64,000 nt of DNA from positions 21,435,432 to 21,499,431 of the forward strand of contig NC_092679.1 of NCBI RefSeq assembly GCF_964355755.1, read 5' to 3'. A program made the translations under genes and the position numbers. Shown piece after piece: positions 14,328 to 27,450 of this stretch. This stretch comes from Antedon mediterranea. Lineage: Eukaryota; Animalia; Echinodermata. The notes beneath the pieces are model-generated. The model was not told the DNA's origin and made no database searches. It saw nothing but the letters and a program-made list of their open reading frames with translations. Numbering within the stretch: the first letter of the stretch is position 1; every line of letters starts with the position of its first letter.

Positions 14328-14641
14328 TTTTTTTTTTAAATTTACATTTATATTGGGTAACCTCTTCAGTCAAAGACTGGTCTCCCAGAGGGCCCAGTTG
14401 GTGATCAGTGGCTGTGATGTACTAATACACCGGGGTAACCCCCTACTCGTCTCGAAAGATGTACTAGGTTCTTTAAAGTGCACACGAGCTAGATGTGTAC
14501 ACTGTACCTACGGTTTATAGTCCTTATCCGAGAAGACTCGTTCTACCACCAGAACCATGGAGTGAGTGAGCCTCGAACCCCTGCCGATGTTATGGCTACG
14601 TAATTACGGTTCCACTATCTTAACCGCTCGGCCACTCACTC
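14328..14641 (-). mobile_element. tRNA-derived SINE with Deu/Nin-like central domain
   Basis: Minus strand shows A box TGGCCGAGCGG, B box GGTTCGAGGC, then TCGGATAAGGACTATAAACCGTAGG...TGCACTTTAAAGAACC...AGTAGGGGGTTACCCCGGTG and an A-rich tail. Confidence 0.75.
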
Positions 14642-15658
14642 ACACTATAATAATATAATATAATAATAATAATAATCTCAATTAAATCAATTTGATTAAA
14701 TGGTCGTCTGCAATCAATAAATGGACATAGTTTACAATAATACAAGTGGAAGATTCAGAGCTGAGAGACACACACGCGCTACGGGACGCCGTCCGACACA
14801 TTACCATTCTGTCTAACTATGGTTTGTAAAATACAATAACAATTAATACACATTCAGACACACGTAATATTGTTTGTCAGACAGAATAGTTACTGCCCTA
14901 CACAGCACTCTCCTGTACGCACTTTTATAATTTGAATTTGAAATGTTGCTATTAGACCTACCAATCGAATGTTTATAGTATTATTTGTATTATAGATTGT
15001 TATTATTAATAAATATTTCCGTGTTATTATCAACCAAAATACCATCTAAACACATATACAGAAGATGAAGAACTTCGTTACTTATCACATAATCACATGA
15101 TCATATCATAATAATCATTATAACGACCGTCATAATAATATCACTGAAATGAACATCGCCACCATCATATTTGAATCACATTATCATTATCATTGCCATA
15201 ATATGACCAGAAAATTTATGGTAGAAAAAAGGAAAATGAAGACGTGGAGATGGAGAGCAGACAACAATGGCCTAATTTACCACCAGTAGCAATTTTAAAT
15301 CGCCAAATCGTCACCACCACAACCACCACCACCCCCGATGTCACCATACATCCTCGTACAGAGGAGGGAGGAAGAAACGTGGAAAGAGTTTGAATTAAAC
15401 TGACACCTGATCTAATAGAGGAGTTCTCCGGTAAATTACAAAAGAGTTTACTATCACTATTTCAAGTAAACCAGAAGGTCTAAATGTTGTGATTTAGAGG
15501 GACGAACTGACTTCCTTATCTTTGAAAGATATTTTGTGAATTGTGGCAGATGTTCAATTTATGACAGTACTTTGCGTGACCAGCATGGGGGAGGGGAGTT
15601 GGGTGGGGTTCATTCGTTTATCAGTTTAAGGGATTTTAATCTAACTTTAGTTAAATAT

Positions 15659-15677
15659 AAAACAGGTTTTTGTTCCC
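15659..15677 (+). promoter_or_regulatory. Conserved upstream element of gene C, TATA-like box at about 15808
   Basis: Identical 19-mer to genes B and D. Confidence 0.55.
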
Positions 15678-15870
15678 ATCTACATTAAATTGTAATTACT
15701 ACATTGTCGGAATAACTAATCTATTTCATCATTAGATTTAATCTGTCACAAACGATACCGCTGTACCAAATTACCAACCAAATAAAACAAATAAAAGTAA
15801 GCATCATATATAAATGAACAAAACCTCTCTAATTCACATTCACATTTCTGTGTTTTTAGCTCTTTTCAAA

Positions 15871-18800
15871 ATGAGAGTGGACATGTTTTACAGTGCTTTG
15901 TTTTGGCTCTGCTGTGCGTGCTACGCCACGGGTAAGATGTGTTTTTACGTATGTTTTCATATTTCATCATTTACACCTATTTCGTTATCTATTGTTTCAA
16001 TTTAATGTAACTTTTAAGTCGTGTTTTTAGTGCGATTAAAAAAATATACGTATTTAATTTTGTTACAATCATGGTTAATTTAATAGCTGTAATTATGTTT
16101 TTAAAGCTGTTTTCATTAAATGTTTAGTTTTAATAACAAAATATTATACTTCAGGTCAATAGGCCTAAATCAACCGTATATCTCCCACTTTTATTTCAAA
16201 CTTTATTTTAAAAACCATACTCTTAAGTTTATCTTAGTTTGTCCGCCATCTCAATACATTCCTTTAGTTTATTTAGTTTTTTTCTTAGTTTTCCATATTT
16301 GTATACTATAATTATTACGGTACTTCGTGTGTGGTAACAATTATTAAAAGTTTGTCTATTTTTCTTGTGAATGTTAATACTTATTTTTTATCAATAAACT
16401 TATATTTGTAATACTATATTAATTGAAATATGTTTGCTTTAAAATAGACCTACGCAACATATTTTAACTTTAAAATATTATTTGAGTTTTTTCTAATTTA
16501 AATTTTCATATTCCAAATATGTACAATATTGTAACTGTTATGGAACTATTATATTTCAGCGAATTGGACACCGATGTACACAACAGAAGGTATTATAGTT
16601 TAGTTCTCAAGTCCCCTTAATACATGGTATTAATGAAATAATATAAGTAGGCCCTAGTCCGAAATTGTTACTCTTACGATATAAATGGGTGTGTGTGGGA
16701 AGAAACGCGTTTGTTACGCGTGTAAACTGAACAGCTGACGCGTTTGTTACGCGTGTAAACTGAGCAGCTGACGCGTTTGATACGCGTGTAAACTGAGCTG
16801 ACATTAGATTTCTTTAAACAATTTATTGATTTGACAAAATATAATAAAAAATACAATTAAAGAGTACACTAATAAATATTATATATATATTATACTAAAT
16901 ATTTTGTAATATAAATAAATAATAATACATTTTTAAAAGGATGTTGGAACGTTTCATTGAGGTCATTTTTCTTAGAACATAATTTACAAAGATAATGCAA
17001 ATTTTTTAACGAATTACTCCATTTTGTTCCACTCTCTTTAAATCTGTAATATGTTTCAATTATTCAAATTACTAATAATATAAAATTTATTGAAAAAAAA
17101 ATATTATTACAATATTTTTTTAATAAGATTACTATTGAAAAATTGAAATTTATATTACTGATACATTTTTTCTCGGCAGCTCCTTTACAACCGAACCGAA
17201 CGAAATTTCTCTGTGGTAATGAAACTCAAATCATAACATCGCCTGGATATCCAAACCAATATGGAAACAACCAGTACATCAATTGGACATTTGCTACTCA
17301 CGTTGGAAGTTTGCTCTCTGTTGAATTCTACAATTTTGAACTTGAGAGCAACTATGATTATGTGACAATATACTCTGATGGAGACATGATTGGAAGTTTT
17401 ACTGGTTCCAATACACCGCCAACAACAACATCTACAAATAATACTATGATGGTTGTTTTTAGTACAGATGGTAGTGGGGTCTATAGTGGATTTCAAGCTA
17501 AGGTATCTGTTTACCCTGAAGCTCCAGGTAATTAGTACATTACACAATATTTTAATTAATATGAAGCAAACTACATTAACACCTATTACTAAATTAAATA
17601 CATTGTGTTATGTTGTAAGTAACACACCTTGGATATATGTATGTAATGTTGAGGATGGTATGTGAGGATTTCTTTGTTTTATTTTTATTTGAATATAGGC
17701 CTTTCTACTATAAATTATATAATTTTGTATTATCTTAATGGATAATGTACGTGGACAAACATATCCTCGTGTTAACGTAAAAGCTGGAATGTCGCTATAA
17801 ATGGAACGATTGATTGATTGATTGATCGATTGATTGATTGATTGAAAGCTTTGCCACTTCTGATTTACGCAAACTTTTTCAGGGTATCATTAGCCGCCTA
17901 TCGTATGTTATGTCGGTGTGTATTTATGTTTTTAGATTATTATTATTATAAGTTTTTATTTTTTTCAATTTAGCATCTACCTAAACTATCTGTAAAAATA
18001 AATAAAATATCTGTTTAAATTCTCAGATGGTTTTTGTTCTGATTTTAACGATGGATATTCTGGTTGGACTGATTATTATGGTTACGGTCTATGGATGAGA
18101 TCCTCTGAAAGACATTATAACGACAGTGATTTAGGAAACCGTTACTCAGGATCAGGTAAAATGTTTGAAAATTCTATAAATTATTACAATTTTGGATTTG
18201 GACTAAAGAGCAAATGAGTATAATTGTCCTTTTTCATGATATCATCACAGGCTTTCCTAGCCTATTTTAGATTTTGTTAAACTAATTTTTAGTTTGAAGA
18301 TAATTTGCTTTTTAAGCTCTATCTATGTGACAAAAACATGATATGTGATCATATATGGACACAATGGCGCGCATCATATCACTACTATATTTAGGCACAT
18401 ATCACACATTTTGTCAAACTAGAATTTAGTGTAGACATAGCTTTAGGTAAACTAATCTTTAATTCTAATCTTCTCAGTGAGAAGTGATCCTTATATGTAT
18501 CTTTGATTGTATATGAATTATAATATAAATTTAGAATTTAATGTATTACCGGTACAACTGCGGTAAAAGTGAATATAGGATCAACAACTCAATAAATCAG
18601 AAATATCTATTGTAGTGTTGTTATTGATTACCGGTAGTCAAATACTCATTTAAATTGCACCATCTTATTTTTTTTTTTTAAATACCAGGTTGTAACTGTC
18701 GTAATTTTATAATTTTAAAAACTCAAATACTGTATACTTTTATTTAACAATGAGAATAAAATAGAAATGTATATTGTATGTAATGTTGAGGCATGTATGA

Positions 18801-21800
18801 CGATTTGTTTGTCTTACTTTTATTTGAAAGAAGGCCTACATCTACTATACATTCTATATTGTAATCCTAATGGATTATGTACGCGTACAAACATATCGTC
18901 AGGTTGTCACCATTTTACAATTTACAAGACTTAAATACTGTACTTATATTTAACAATGAGAGTAAAATAGAAAGGTTTTATCAAATGTTTTAATATGTAT
19001 AATTATGTATCATTGCCAAAGGAAGAGTAAAATGCAGTTACTAAACAAATAAAAAATCTTTCATTTTGAAATGTTGTCCTTTAGATAATGATGTTTCTTT
19101 ATAGCAAACAATTAATTAATTTAATAATGTAATTATAATAGTACAGTAGTAAAGTATAACAAATAGTAAGAAAGTAAATAAATGAATAGAAATAATTTCA
19201 CTGATTTTTTTAAATTGATATTTATTTATTTATTTTCAGATGATTATTACATTAATGTTGCAAACAACTACGGTTACAGTGGATACCAATATGGCTATCT
19301 TCTCAGTCCATATCTACCAGACAGATGGAATGAAGCGTGTCTTAGATTCTATTACTATATGAGTGGACATTCAAATCAATACATTAATGTATATCATTAT
19401 GCTGACAACTATGGAACTAGAGTCTTCTTCGAATATGATGATTACAGTCAACGATGGAAGTCTGCAAGTGTTACTATCAATACTTTTAATAAATATAATA
19501 ATTACTTTAGACTTTACGGTCAAGCATATGGCAGCAAATACGATGTAGAAATAGTTGCTGTTGATGATATTTACATAAGTGAGGGCGCATGCTCAGATTA
19601 TCCAGGTAAGTTTACTAGATTTAGATTCATGGACGAAGATATGGAAACAAATATTACAAACGAATTTAAAAAAACATAAAATAAACATGAATTGGTTAAA
19701 TAGTAACATCTGAATATATAATTTATATATATTTATATATTTTTTTTTAATCTATAACTGTTACATTATCATAACTAAGTCGTTGAAGTTAGAAAACTTC
19801 ATTTAAATAGTTATTTAATTATTAGTATTAATTAATGCAGTAGGCTTACAGTACATTTGTTGCAATAATTGGTGTGTTGTGTTATATTTTATTATTAGGA
19901 ATACAGTATTAATTTTACTCTTCCCTGGTTTTTTCTTTTCTCTAATACTCTACTTTAAAAAAATATAAAATGATAAATAATAATGTTTGTCCATACAACG
20001 ATCAATGCCTTGAAAATCCCTGTTTAGCTGTTTTAACCAGGGTTAAACGATGGAATAAAACAAAATGGTTAGAATGAGTGTTGGTGTGTGTTCGTTCGTA
20101 TTGAGAATTGTTGGCATAGCAAGGCGGCACTAATGATACAGCGATAATTGCTGCTGACAATATTTAAATTAATGAGGGCGCATTGACTCTTTTGACGAGT
20201 AAGTTTACTAGACCCAAAATGCTTCCCGCTTTATATTTCCCGGAAGTCACGAATGTAATTTTTTTTTTTTGCAGATCGACCAGAGAGTACAGTCTCACCT
20301 ACAACTAATTCTAGTGGTACAAGCCCTAAACAGATACAAACTGGTAAGTTTAAATCAACACACAATTTGTATGCCTGTTATACATAAATGTTTATATGAC
20401 TAACGGTTAAGAGCATTTGTTATGATTTTCCCATTATTCTATCTATTCACGTACACTAGCATAAGGAATCTATTTATTCTTTAATAATTATCTGATTTCT
20501 GTTTTTAAGGCGGTTTCGTATGGCTTTATCATTTTATAATCGTTGTAGTTTTTGTTTTATGAGATTGTTGTATTTTATATTATTCTTTTCTCTCTGAAAT
20601 TGTTCACGCGAATTATACGAAAACCACGTAAAATCTCTAAAAAGTTCTCAAATAACTTGGTTCTAGTACGTTTGGGTTTTTTGTAAAAAATTATTTAAAA
20701 TCCTATTTTAAAAAACTATCCTGTTACAGTATTTTTAAAATTTCAAACACTGTCCTTTATTTTCAGATGTTGTATGCAGTAATTCATACATGACAGTTTA
20801 CATTGATGCGGCTTCACTTGGAAGTAATAGCACCGCACACTTTATAGACCCGACGTGTGGCACGATGGGATACACGTATCGTAACGGCATATATTGGCTG
20901 TATTTATATACTAGATACGACCAATGTAAAACCACTATGAAGGTACATGTAAACTGTGAATACAATAGGAGGGTTGAAAATTGTTGTTTATAAATTCAAA
21001 ATTACCGTTAAAAGTGGTTACAAAATGCGACAATTTAATTAGGCATACTAGGCTACATATTCGTGTTATTATAATACCTTCGTATTGTATTACATATATA
21101 ACTTTCTTCGTCTTTTTATAGTCTACGTCGACTTCAACAACTTACCAAAACGAAGTGATTGTATCCAACGAAGGCACTTCCATTGTTTATAAGAAAGATG
21201 ACAATCGCATAACAGTCGAGTGTGAACTAAAAAATACAGGACAGTCATCGGTTAGTTTTGACCCAGTGGGAACAATAAACAATTTCGTAAAACACGAACG
21301 TGATAACTTTACATTCGCAATGGAGCTCTATTCCAATAGCAGTTATTCTACTGCATACCCGAGCTGGCAGTATCCGATCGAACTGGATCTTGGAAGTAAA
21401 GTGTTTGTTGGTGCGAGTGTGAAGACTTTTAGTAATGATATGGTTCTGTTTGTCGATTCTTGCAAAGCCACACCAAACCCAGACCCTGATGCTAACCCTA
21501 AATATGACTTAATTAAAAATAGGTAAATTGTTCTCTTTTACTGTTATTGATAATTATTGATTAAAGTTACTATTGATTGAATTATTGTTATGTACAAATT
21601 CATGTATACTTGTACGTTGATATTGCATTAAGACAGAATATCAAATGTACTATCACTGATTTTCGTAAGCAAACACTCTACATTCCTATAGAAGATTTAC
21701 CGTAATTACTGGTAGGCCTATACTTTCTTCAAAGTAAAGTAAACGATACATTGCGTTTGTACGTAGTTTGCAATTAGGACATTTTAAATTGTTACTTTAT

Positions 21801-22894
21801 AATTCTGGTATAACTACGGTATTTTGTAAATATTAATAAATTGGTAAACATTGTCTTATCTTCTCTAGTTGTGGTGTAGACTCATCAGTAAATTTCGACG
21901 GAAAATCAACAGACGGAGATTTTTCTCGAGCGTTCTTTTCGTTTGAAACATTCGGCTTCAACGGCGAATATTCAACGGTATGCATTGTATATTAAGAATG
22001 ATACTAAATCATGTAATCATTATCAGTATAGGCAGTATAGAATAAACTTCCAGTTCTAAGAGAATACGGATTTAGAATACCGTTTATTTTGAAGAGAGAA
22101 AAAAACGGTATTTTCTTTCCAGCAGAAACTGGTCCACATAAAAAGAACCGATTTTTAATAATAGTTTTAAAACCACCAATTAATGCCGTTCTCGATCGTC
22201 AAATACCGGTTTTAAAAACAATTCCACGGAGCAATTTAAACTACAACGCAATCGCGGTCCAAATTTTAATTATTATAGAGGAGATAGAGAGAGAGAGTAA
22301 AGTCAGCGCCTGGAAATCTAACAGTTGTCTGCTGCTTTTTCATACATTTTATTCTAAATTCTTTATTTTTAACTTTCTCTTTAAACTCTAATACAGGTTT
22401 TTGTTCATTGTGAACTGTCTATCTGCAATGAAAGTGACTGGAGATGCTCCAGGAATTGTGACCAACGAACACGCCGTGACGTCAAACTACCAAATAAATT
22501 GTCTGATAGCATTTCGCTTGAACTTGGACCTTTGATTCTGAAAAAGTCAAATGCGAACTCCGACATTTTACTTGAGACTAAAGGTGTGTATATACTATGA
22601 TATTGAATCAATGCAAGTTCTTACTCTATGATAGAATTATTATACTTCTATAAATAATATTATGTTTAAAAATGGAAAACAACTGTGTGTTACCTTAATT
22701 CCGTTTAATTTGACTTTAAGTATTTGTTTGTGATTAATGAAAATAAATCTGGGTTTTTTGCAGATTCATCATCGAAGAGAGTATTTCCCGCCCTTTCAGC
22801 GACATTGATGGTTCTCAGTCTGGTTGTCTTGGCAATAGCATGCGCCGTCTTTGTTAAGGGCTTGCGAAAGAACCATTCTTACCAGAAACTGTAA
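15871..22894 (+). CDS. Gene C: SP-CUB-MAM-linker-ZP-TM protein (668 aa), lacking MAM1
   Basis: Exons 15871-15931, 16560-16589, 17180-17527 (CUB), 18027-18155 and 19240-19605 (MAM), 20275-20343, 20767-20942, 21122-21522, 21869-21977, 22397-22583 (RTRR), 22764-22894 (TM, ends SYQKL*). Sum 2007 nt, open frame, canonical splice sites. Confidence 0.88.
16704..16803. repeat. 33-bp tandem repeat, 3 copies
   Basis: ACGCGTTTGTTACGCGTGTAAACTGA(A/G)CAGCTG units. Confidence 0.85.
18315..18442. mobile_element. PIF/Harbinger-type MITE (family 2); same insertion at 32659-32790 in gene D
   Basis: AGCTCTATCTA...TAGACATAGCT termini with TTA flanks. Shared by C and D, so it predates their duplication. Confidence 0.7.
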
Positions 22895-24517
22895 ACCCAC
22901 ATGGAAGAGATGTGAAGGAAGAACATTTTCTTTATTTCGTTTACGCTTAAATAATTGATTATAACCCTTAATTGATAGCTTCAAATATTTCTTTTTAGCT
23001 TGTAGCGATCACGACAGACATTTTCCTTCGTTGTATTGCGTTGCTATGTTCCCTGTTCCGTCTAACAACGCAAGCGAGTTGATTAATCACAAGAAATAGT
23101 TGGAATTATCCATCGTTTGTGATTAGTCAAATCACTTGTGTTGCGTTTACATCCTTGCGTTGCGTCCTAGTGTGAACTAGGCTTAAGACTGCATATCTAT
23201 AACCTTAACGCAAACGAAGCATTGTTCTTTGTAAAACTACATAAATATTTATTAAATTAGTTTCTTTCTTTAATACTTCGGTGTATAGGGTCTTTATGAT
23301 AAAATAAATAAGATTATTTTAATTAATTAATTTAGTTATTTAAGTTATCTGATTTAAACAAATATAAATGTTTGCAATTATTGTTGCTTAAAATATAACG
23401 AATGATTAAGAAATCATTATCTAATTATTTTAAATAATTACAATATATATAATTCCGTTTTCAGCTTTGTTGCTACTTTTATTTGCTTTATGTTTGTGTT
23501 TGAGACACAATCATTATTAAAGATTTTTTTTTCTGCAAAATAAAACTTGTTTATTATTCTCTGATCTTGTTTCAAACTATAGTATAGTATAAAATTGAAA
23601 AAATTCATCTCCTTCCCAAAATATTTTTGAAATCAAATTTTCGTTTTTCATGAAGGTGAAAAATAAACGTTGAAACTTACTATAGTATATCGGTAGCCCT
23701 TAAACGTATTGAAATTGATTCATTTTGGAGCTACGTTAAATTTACAAAAACACTAAAAGTTGCAGTTGTCATGCCATTTCCTCTACAATTCAACAGAAAG
23801 GTCAAAATTAAAAGAATGTTATTATAGGCGGAGAGGAAGGGGTAATCCAATGAAACATATCATTAGGTTAAGCACTTCGTTTTAAAATGTTTAGGCCTAG
23901 GCCGCGTACATTTTTCCCAAAGACTTTCTTTCGAAATATACGTGAACGATAGTCGAACTATTTCCTAACTATAACTAAACCTAACCCTCTAAATAATCTC
24001 TCTCACAATAAAGTAAAAAGAGGTTGGTCATGGGATTCGAAGCCCATACTTCGACATGTCCATAGTCTAATCCATTCGATTGCACAGACGGCTCGACGGA
24101 AAGCGTATTAGAAAGTTTATTCAGAGGGCGAGCGCAGAGCAGGTAAAACATGATGCATATTCATAATAATCCCCCCCCCCCCCCCCACCCAGAGCCATAT
24201 ATATATATGGCTCTGATCCTCCCTAAAATGGGACGCCCTCGCTCGGAATTTCAGAGAATGTCTTTGGGAAAAATATTTTCGCGCCCAGGCCCCCTTATTT
24301 AAAATCTGGTGGATCCTCTCCTCAACTGTTCTCATTCCACTTCCGATTGCCATACACACGTTTTTGAAACGGTAGGCCTACGCAAACAATGGAAATGTGG
24401 TGGTATTGGGAAAAATCAGGGTGTATTGGTTATGGACTTAAAGTCCCTTTCATTTACAATACAAATTAAAAGGGATTACCAATGACTAAGGAATAAATTA
24501 GACAATATTTGTATGCG

Positions 24518-24709
24518 AAGTGGAGTATGTAGGTCTGTCACCGATGACAAGTGCCATGCAATACATTGGACAAAGCAAGAAAGTGGAGTATGTAGGTCTG
24601 TCACTGATGACAAGTGCCATGCAATACATTGGACAAAGCAAGAAAGTGGAGTATGTAGGTCTGTCACCAATGACAAGTGCCATGCAATACATTGGACAAA
24701 GCAAGAAAG
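24518..24709. repeat. 63-bp tandem repeat, 3 copies
   Basis: AAGTGGAGTATGTAGGTCTGTCAC...GGACAAAGCAAGA. Single-copy at the paralogous position (about 38638-38705). Confidence 0.9.
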
Positions 24710-25559
24710 TATCATCATTATTATAAAGATCCAACTCCGACATTTTACTTGAGACTAAAGGTACATAAAGTATAATTGAATTAATGCAAGTTACTCTTCT
24801 ACTCTTCTAGTCTGGCCAATTTTTACTAAGATCTTCAAATTGCTACCGTAATGCCGTAGACGGTACAGCCAGCGTCGAGCACCGGTGGAAGGACTACTAC
24901 TATTCCACCCTATCTTGATTAGTAGTCGCTACCCCTACTGACAACACGCCTTGCCAGCGCGTCAGTATATGGCAAAAAACCCACATAACAAATATGGAGA
25001 AAGTTTATATAGGAGGTCGTAGAGCCCATGGCCACAACGGGCGCAACATTAGTTGCAATTCGACCAGTAAAAGCATTGAAGGAGCTTCTTCTTCGTATGA
25101 TGTTTTGCAGTCAAAGCCTTCGGGAAGCTGTAAAATGGATGAATGTAATAAATCTGGTCACAACGGCAAAACTGAAATCAATATATGCACTTATAATGTC
25201 AGAACTTTGAGAAACAAGGAAAATATCGAAAGCCTATTAGAGGAAGTAGATGGATTCAAATGAGATGTTATTGGGCTAGCAGAAACCAAGATACATGGTG
25301 AAGGATTAACTGAACTTGAGGGAGGTGTATGGCTTTACAACAGGGGCAAAACAGAACAGGACAAAAATGCAAAAGGAATTGGATTCCTGATTCATACGAA
25401 ATTTAAGGACTATGTCAAAGAAGTAAAAAGTGTCTCTAATAGGGTAGCATACATGATGGTTCAACTAACAGGAAAAACTGAAATGAGCATCATACAAGTT
25501 TATGCTCCCACAAGTGATTATGATGATGCAGTGGTAGAGGAATTGTATGAAGACTAGGA

Positions 25560-27450
25560 AGCCCGTTCGGGCCACAAGTTAACTATATTTTAAAAGCTGT
25601 TATCTGGCGGCCGCCACTTAATTATCTGGCGGCCGCCACTTAATTATCTGGCGGCCGCCACTTAATTATCTGGCGGCCGCCACTTAATTATCTGGCGGCC
25701 GCCACTTAATTATCTGGCGGCCGCCACTTAATTATCTGGCGGCCGCCACTTAATTATCTGGCGGCCGCCACTTAATTATCTGGCGGCCGCCACTTAATTA
25801 TCTGGCGGCCGCCACTTAATTATCTGGCGGCCGCCACTTAATTATCTGGCGGCCGCCACTTAATTATCTGGCGGCCGCCACTTACTTATCTGGCGGCCGC
25901 CAATTAATTATCTGGCGGCCGCCGGATAATTAAGATAATTGTAACTTTCCTAGACTTATTTGTACAGCCGTCGATTATTTTACATTTGAAGTAGTGCGCC
26001 ACGTGCGTCGAGAATGTGTCGATGGATTTTTAGTTACCTCATAAGAGCATGATACGTCGCATAATTTAGAATGACGAAAGAGTATAAGAGCATGGAAAGT
26101 CACATAAGAGCATGACGAAAGAGTATTTGAGCTTTAAGAAAGAGTATAAAAACATTAAGAAAGATTATAAGAGCATTAAGAAAGAGTATAAGAGCATTAA
26201 GAATGAGTATAAGAGCATTAGTTATGCACATAAGAGCATTAGGAATGAGTATAAGATAAGGCCAAAAAAAAAAATAGTTTGTTTGCTGTCATACGCCGCC
26301 CCTAATTTCGCCAAAAATTTGGGGCGGAAATAAGAAAAAGGTTTTTTTTTACGTTGAGGGCGCTTTAAAAAAAAAAGTTTTTTTAATGATTTTTTTTGGC
26401 CGAAAAGGTGTAAAAATCGAGTGTGCGAGGATGAAACAATAAAAATAATAACGTTGCGTATATTTCGGTGTATAATCGCACTTTTGACACGCAAATTTAA
26501 CCTCTAAATTAAGGGTGCGTCTTATACACCGAACATAAATGCCTCAACACACAGATATCGCCACATCGTTGGCTAGGCCTGGGCTTTTTAAGGTACGGCC
26601 CAGGCCTATTAGTATTACTAAAGTCTAAAGAGTAGGCCTAGCCTAGCTACGTGTACCAGCGTAACAGCAACCTGCTAGTTTTCAAGGCATTTTAGCGTGA
26701 TTTTGTACTAAATATGATAAAAAGATTTGTTCATTATGGAGCTGTTTTAGGCGCTCCGATAAAATTTCATTTGAAAACGACGTTTACGATTGGAATAGTA
26801 TTATAGTTATACGCACGACCGTCGTACCCCCAGCGCGAGCGAGCCCTTCTTGGCAACCACATTGTGTACACAGTATTCGACTAGTATATTCTCCAGTTGA
26901 TTATAGCATAGACCTAGCGTACACACTTCTAGGATACATAGATACTAATCGAATACTATTGTCCGTGAAAACGTGCGCCTCTCGATAAAAGGATCGAGCG
27001 AGGCTAGCCCACACACACGTGCGGTCATGCACTCGATGTTAATGTTGCGGGTGCGAAACTCATTCATAACAAGTTAGAAAGAACTGACGGAATATGAGGG
27101 ACTTCCCTTCTCGTTGAGGCTGGGCGCGGTCGTCTTATACATCGACGATATACAAAATACCCACCCCCCCCCCCCCACTACCAAAAAAAAAACTTGACAG
27201 CAAACAAACAATATTTTTTTTTAGGCCTAATGGTGTGCGGTATAAGAGCATAATGAAATAGTTTGAGAGCATGACGTCACCGCATGTGAAGAGATTACTG
27301 GCGTTCCATATTTTATTGCATGCAACATCGCCTCTGATCAAATGCACGTACATGTCACGTGATGGGACATGTACTAATTATTAAGTGGCGGCCGCCAGAT
27401 AATTAAGTGGCGGCCGCCAGATAATTAAGTGGCGGCCGCCAGATAATTAT
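25560..27450. mobile_element. Foldback-like DNA element with inverted subterminal 22-bp tandem arrays
   Basis: About 14-15 copies of ATTATCTGGCGGCCGCCACTTA (25600-25925) and 3 reverse-complement copies (27382-27448). Internal 21-bp AAGAGTATAAGAGCATTAAGA-type repeats at about 26040-26256. Confidence 0.7.
26260..27227. mobile_element. Non-autonomous TIR element with GGCC ends and TAA target duplication (Zator- or PIF/Harbinger-type)
   Basis: TAA|GGCCAAAAAAAAAATAGTTTGTTTGCTGTCA ... TGACAGCAAACAAACAATATTTTTTTTTAGGCC|TAA. Confidence 0.8.

Noticed and set aside
14560-14641. tRNA gene (also near 53750-53795)
   Set aside because: The A/B boxes belong to SINE heads followed by SINE body and tail; no full cloverleaf is evident.
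15814-15870. In-frame upstream ATG extending gene C
   Set aside because: It overlaps the TATA-like box, so it probably lies upstream of the transcription start; paralogs start at MRVD.
17185-17547. Minus-strand Cys-rich ORFs opposite the CUB exons (also 31501-31812)
   Set aside because: Antisense shadows of the real coding exons.
24476-24752. Four overlapping repetitive ORFs (e.g. SGVCRSVTDDKCHAIHWTKQE x3)
   Set aside because: By-product of a 63-bp triplication; the paralogous single copy near 38640 does not conserve a frame.
26112-26333. Coiled-coil-like KKEYKSI heptad ORF
   Set aside because: Translation of a 21-bp repeat inside a transposon, cut by another insertion.
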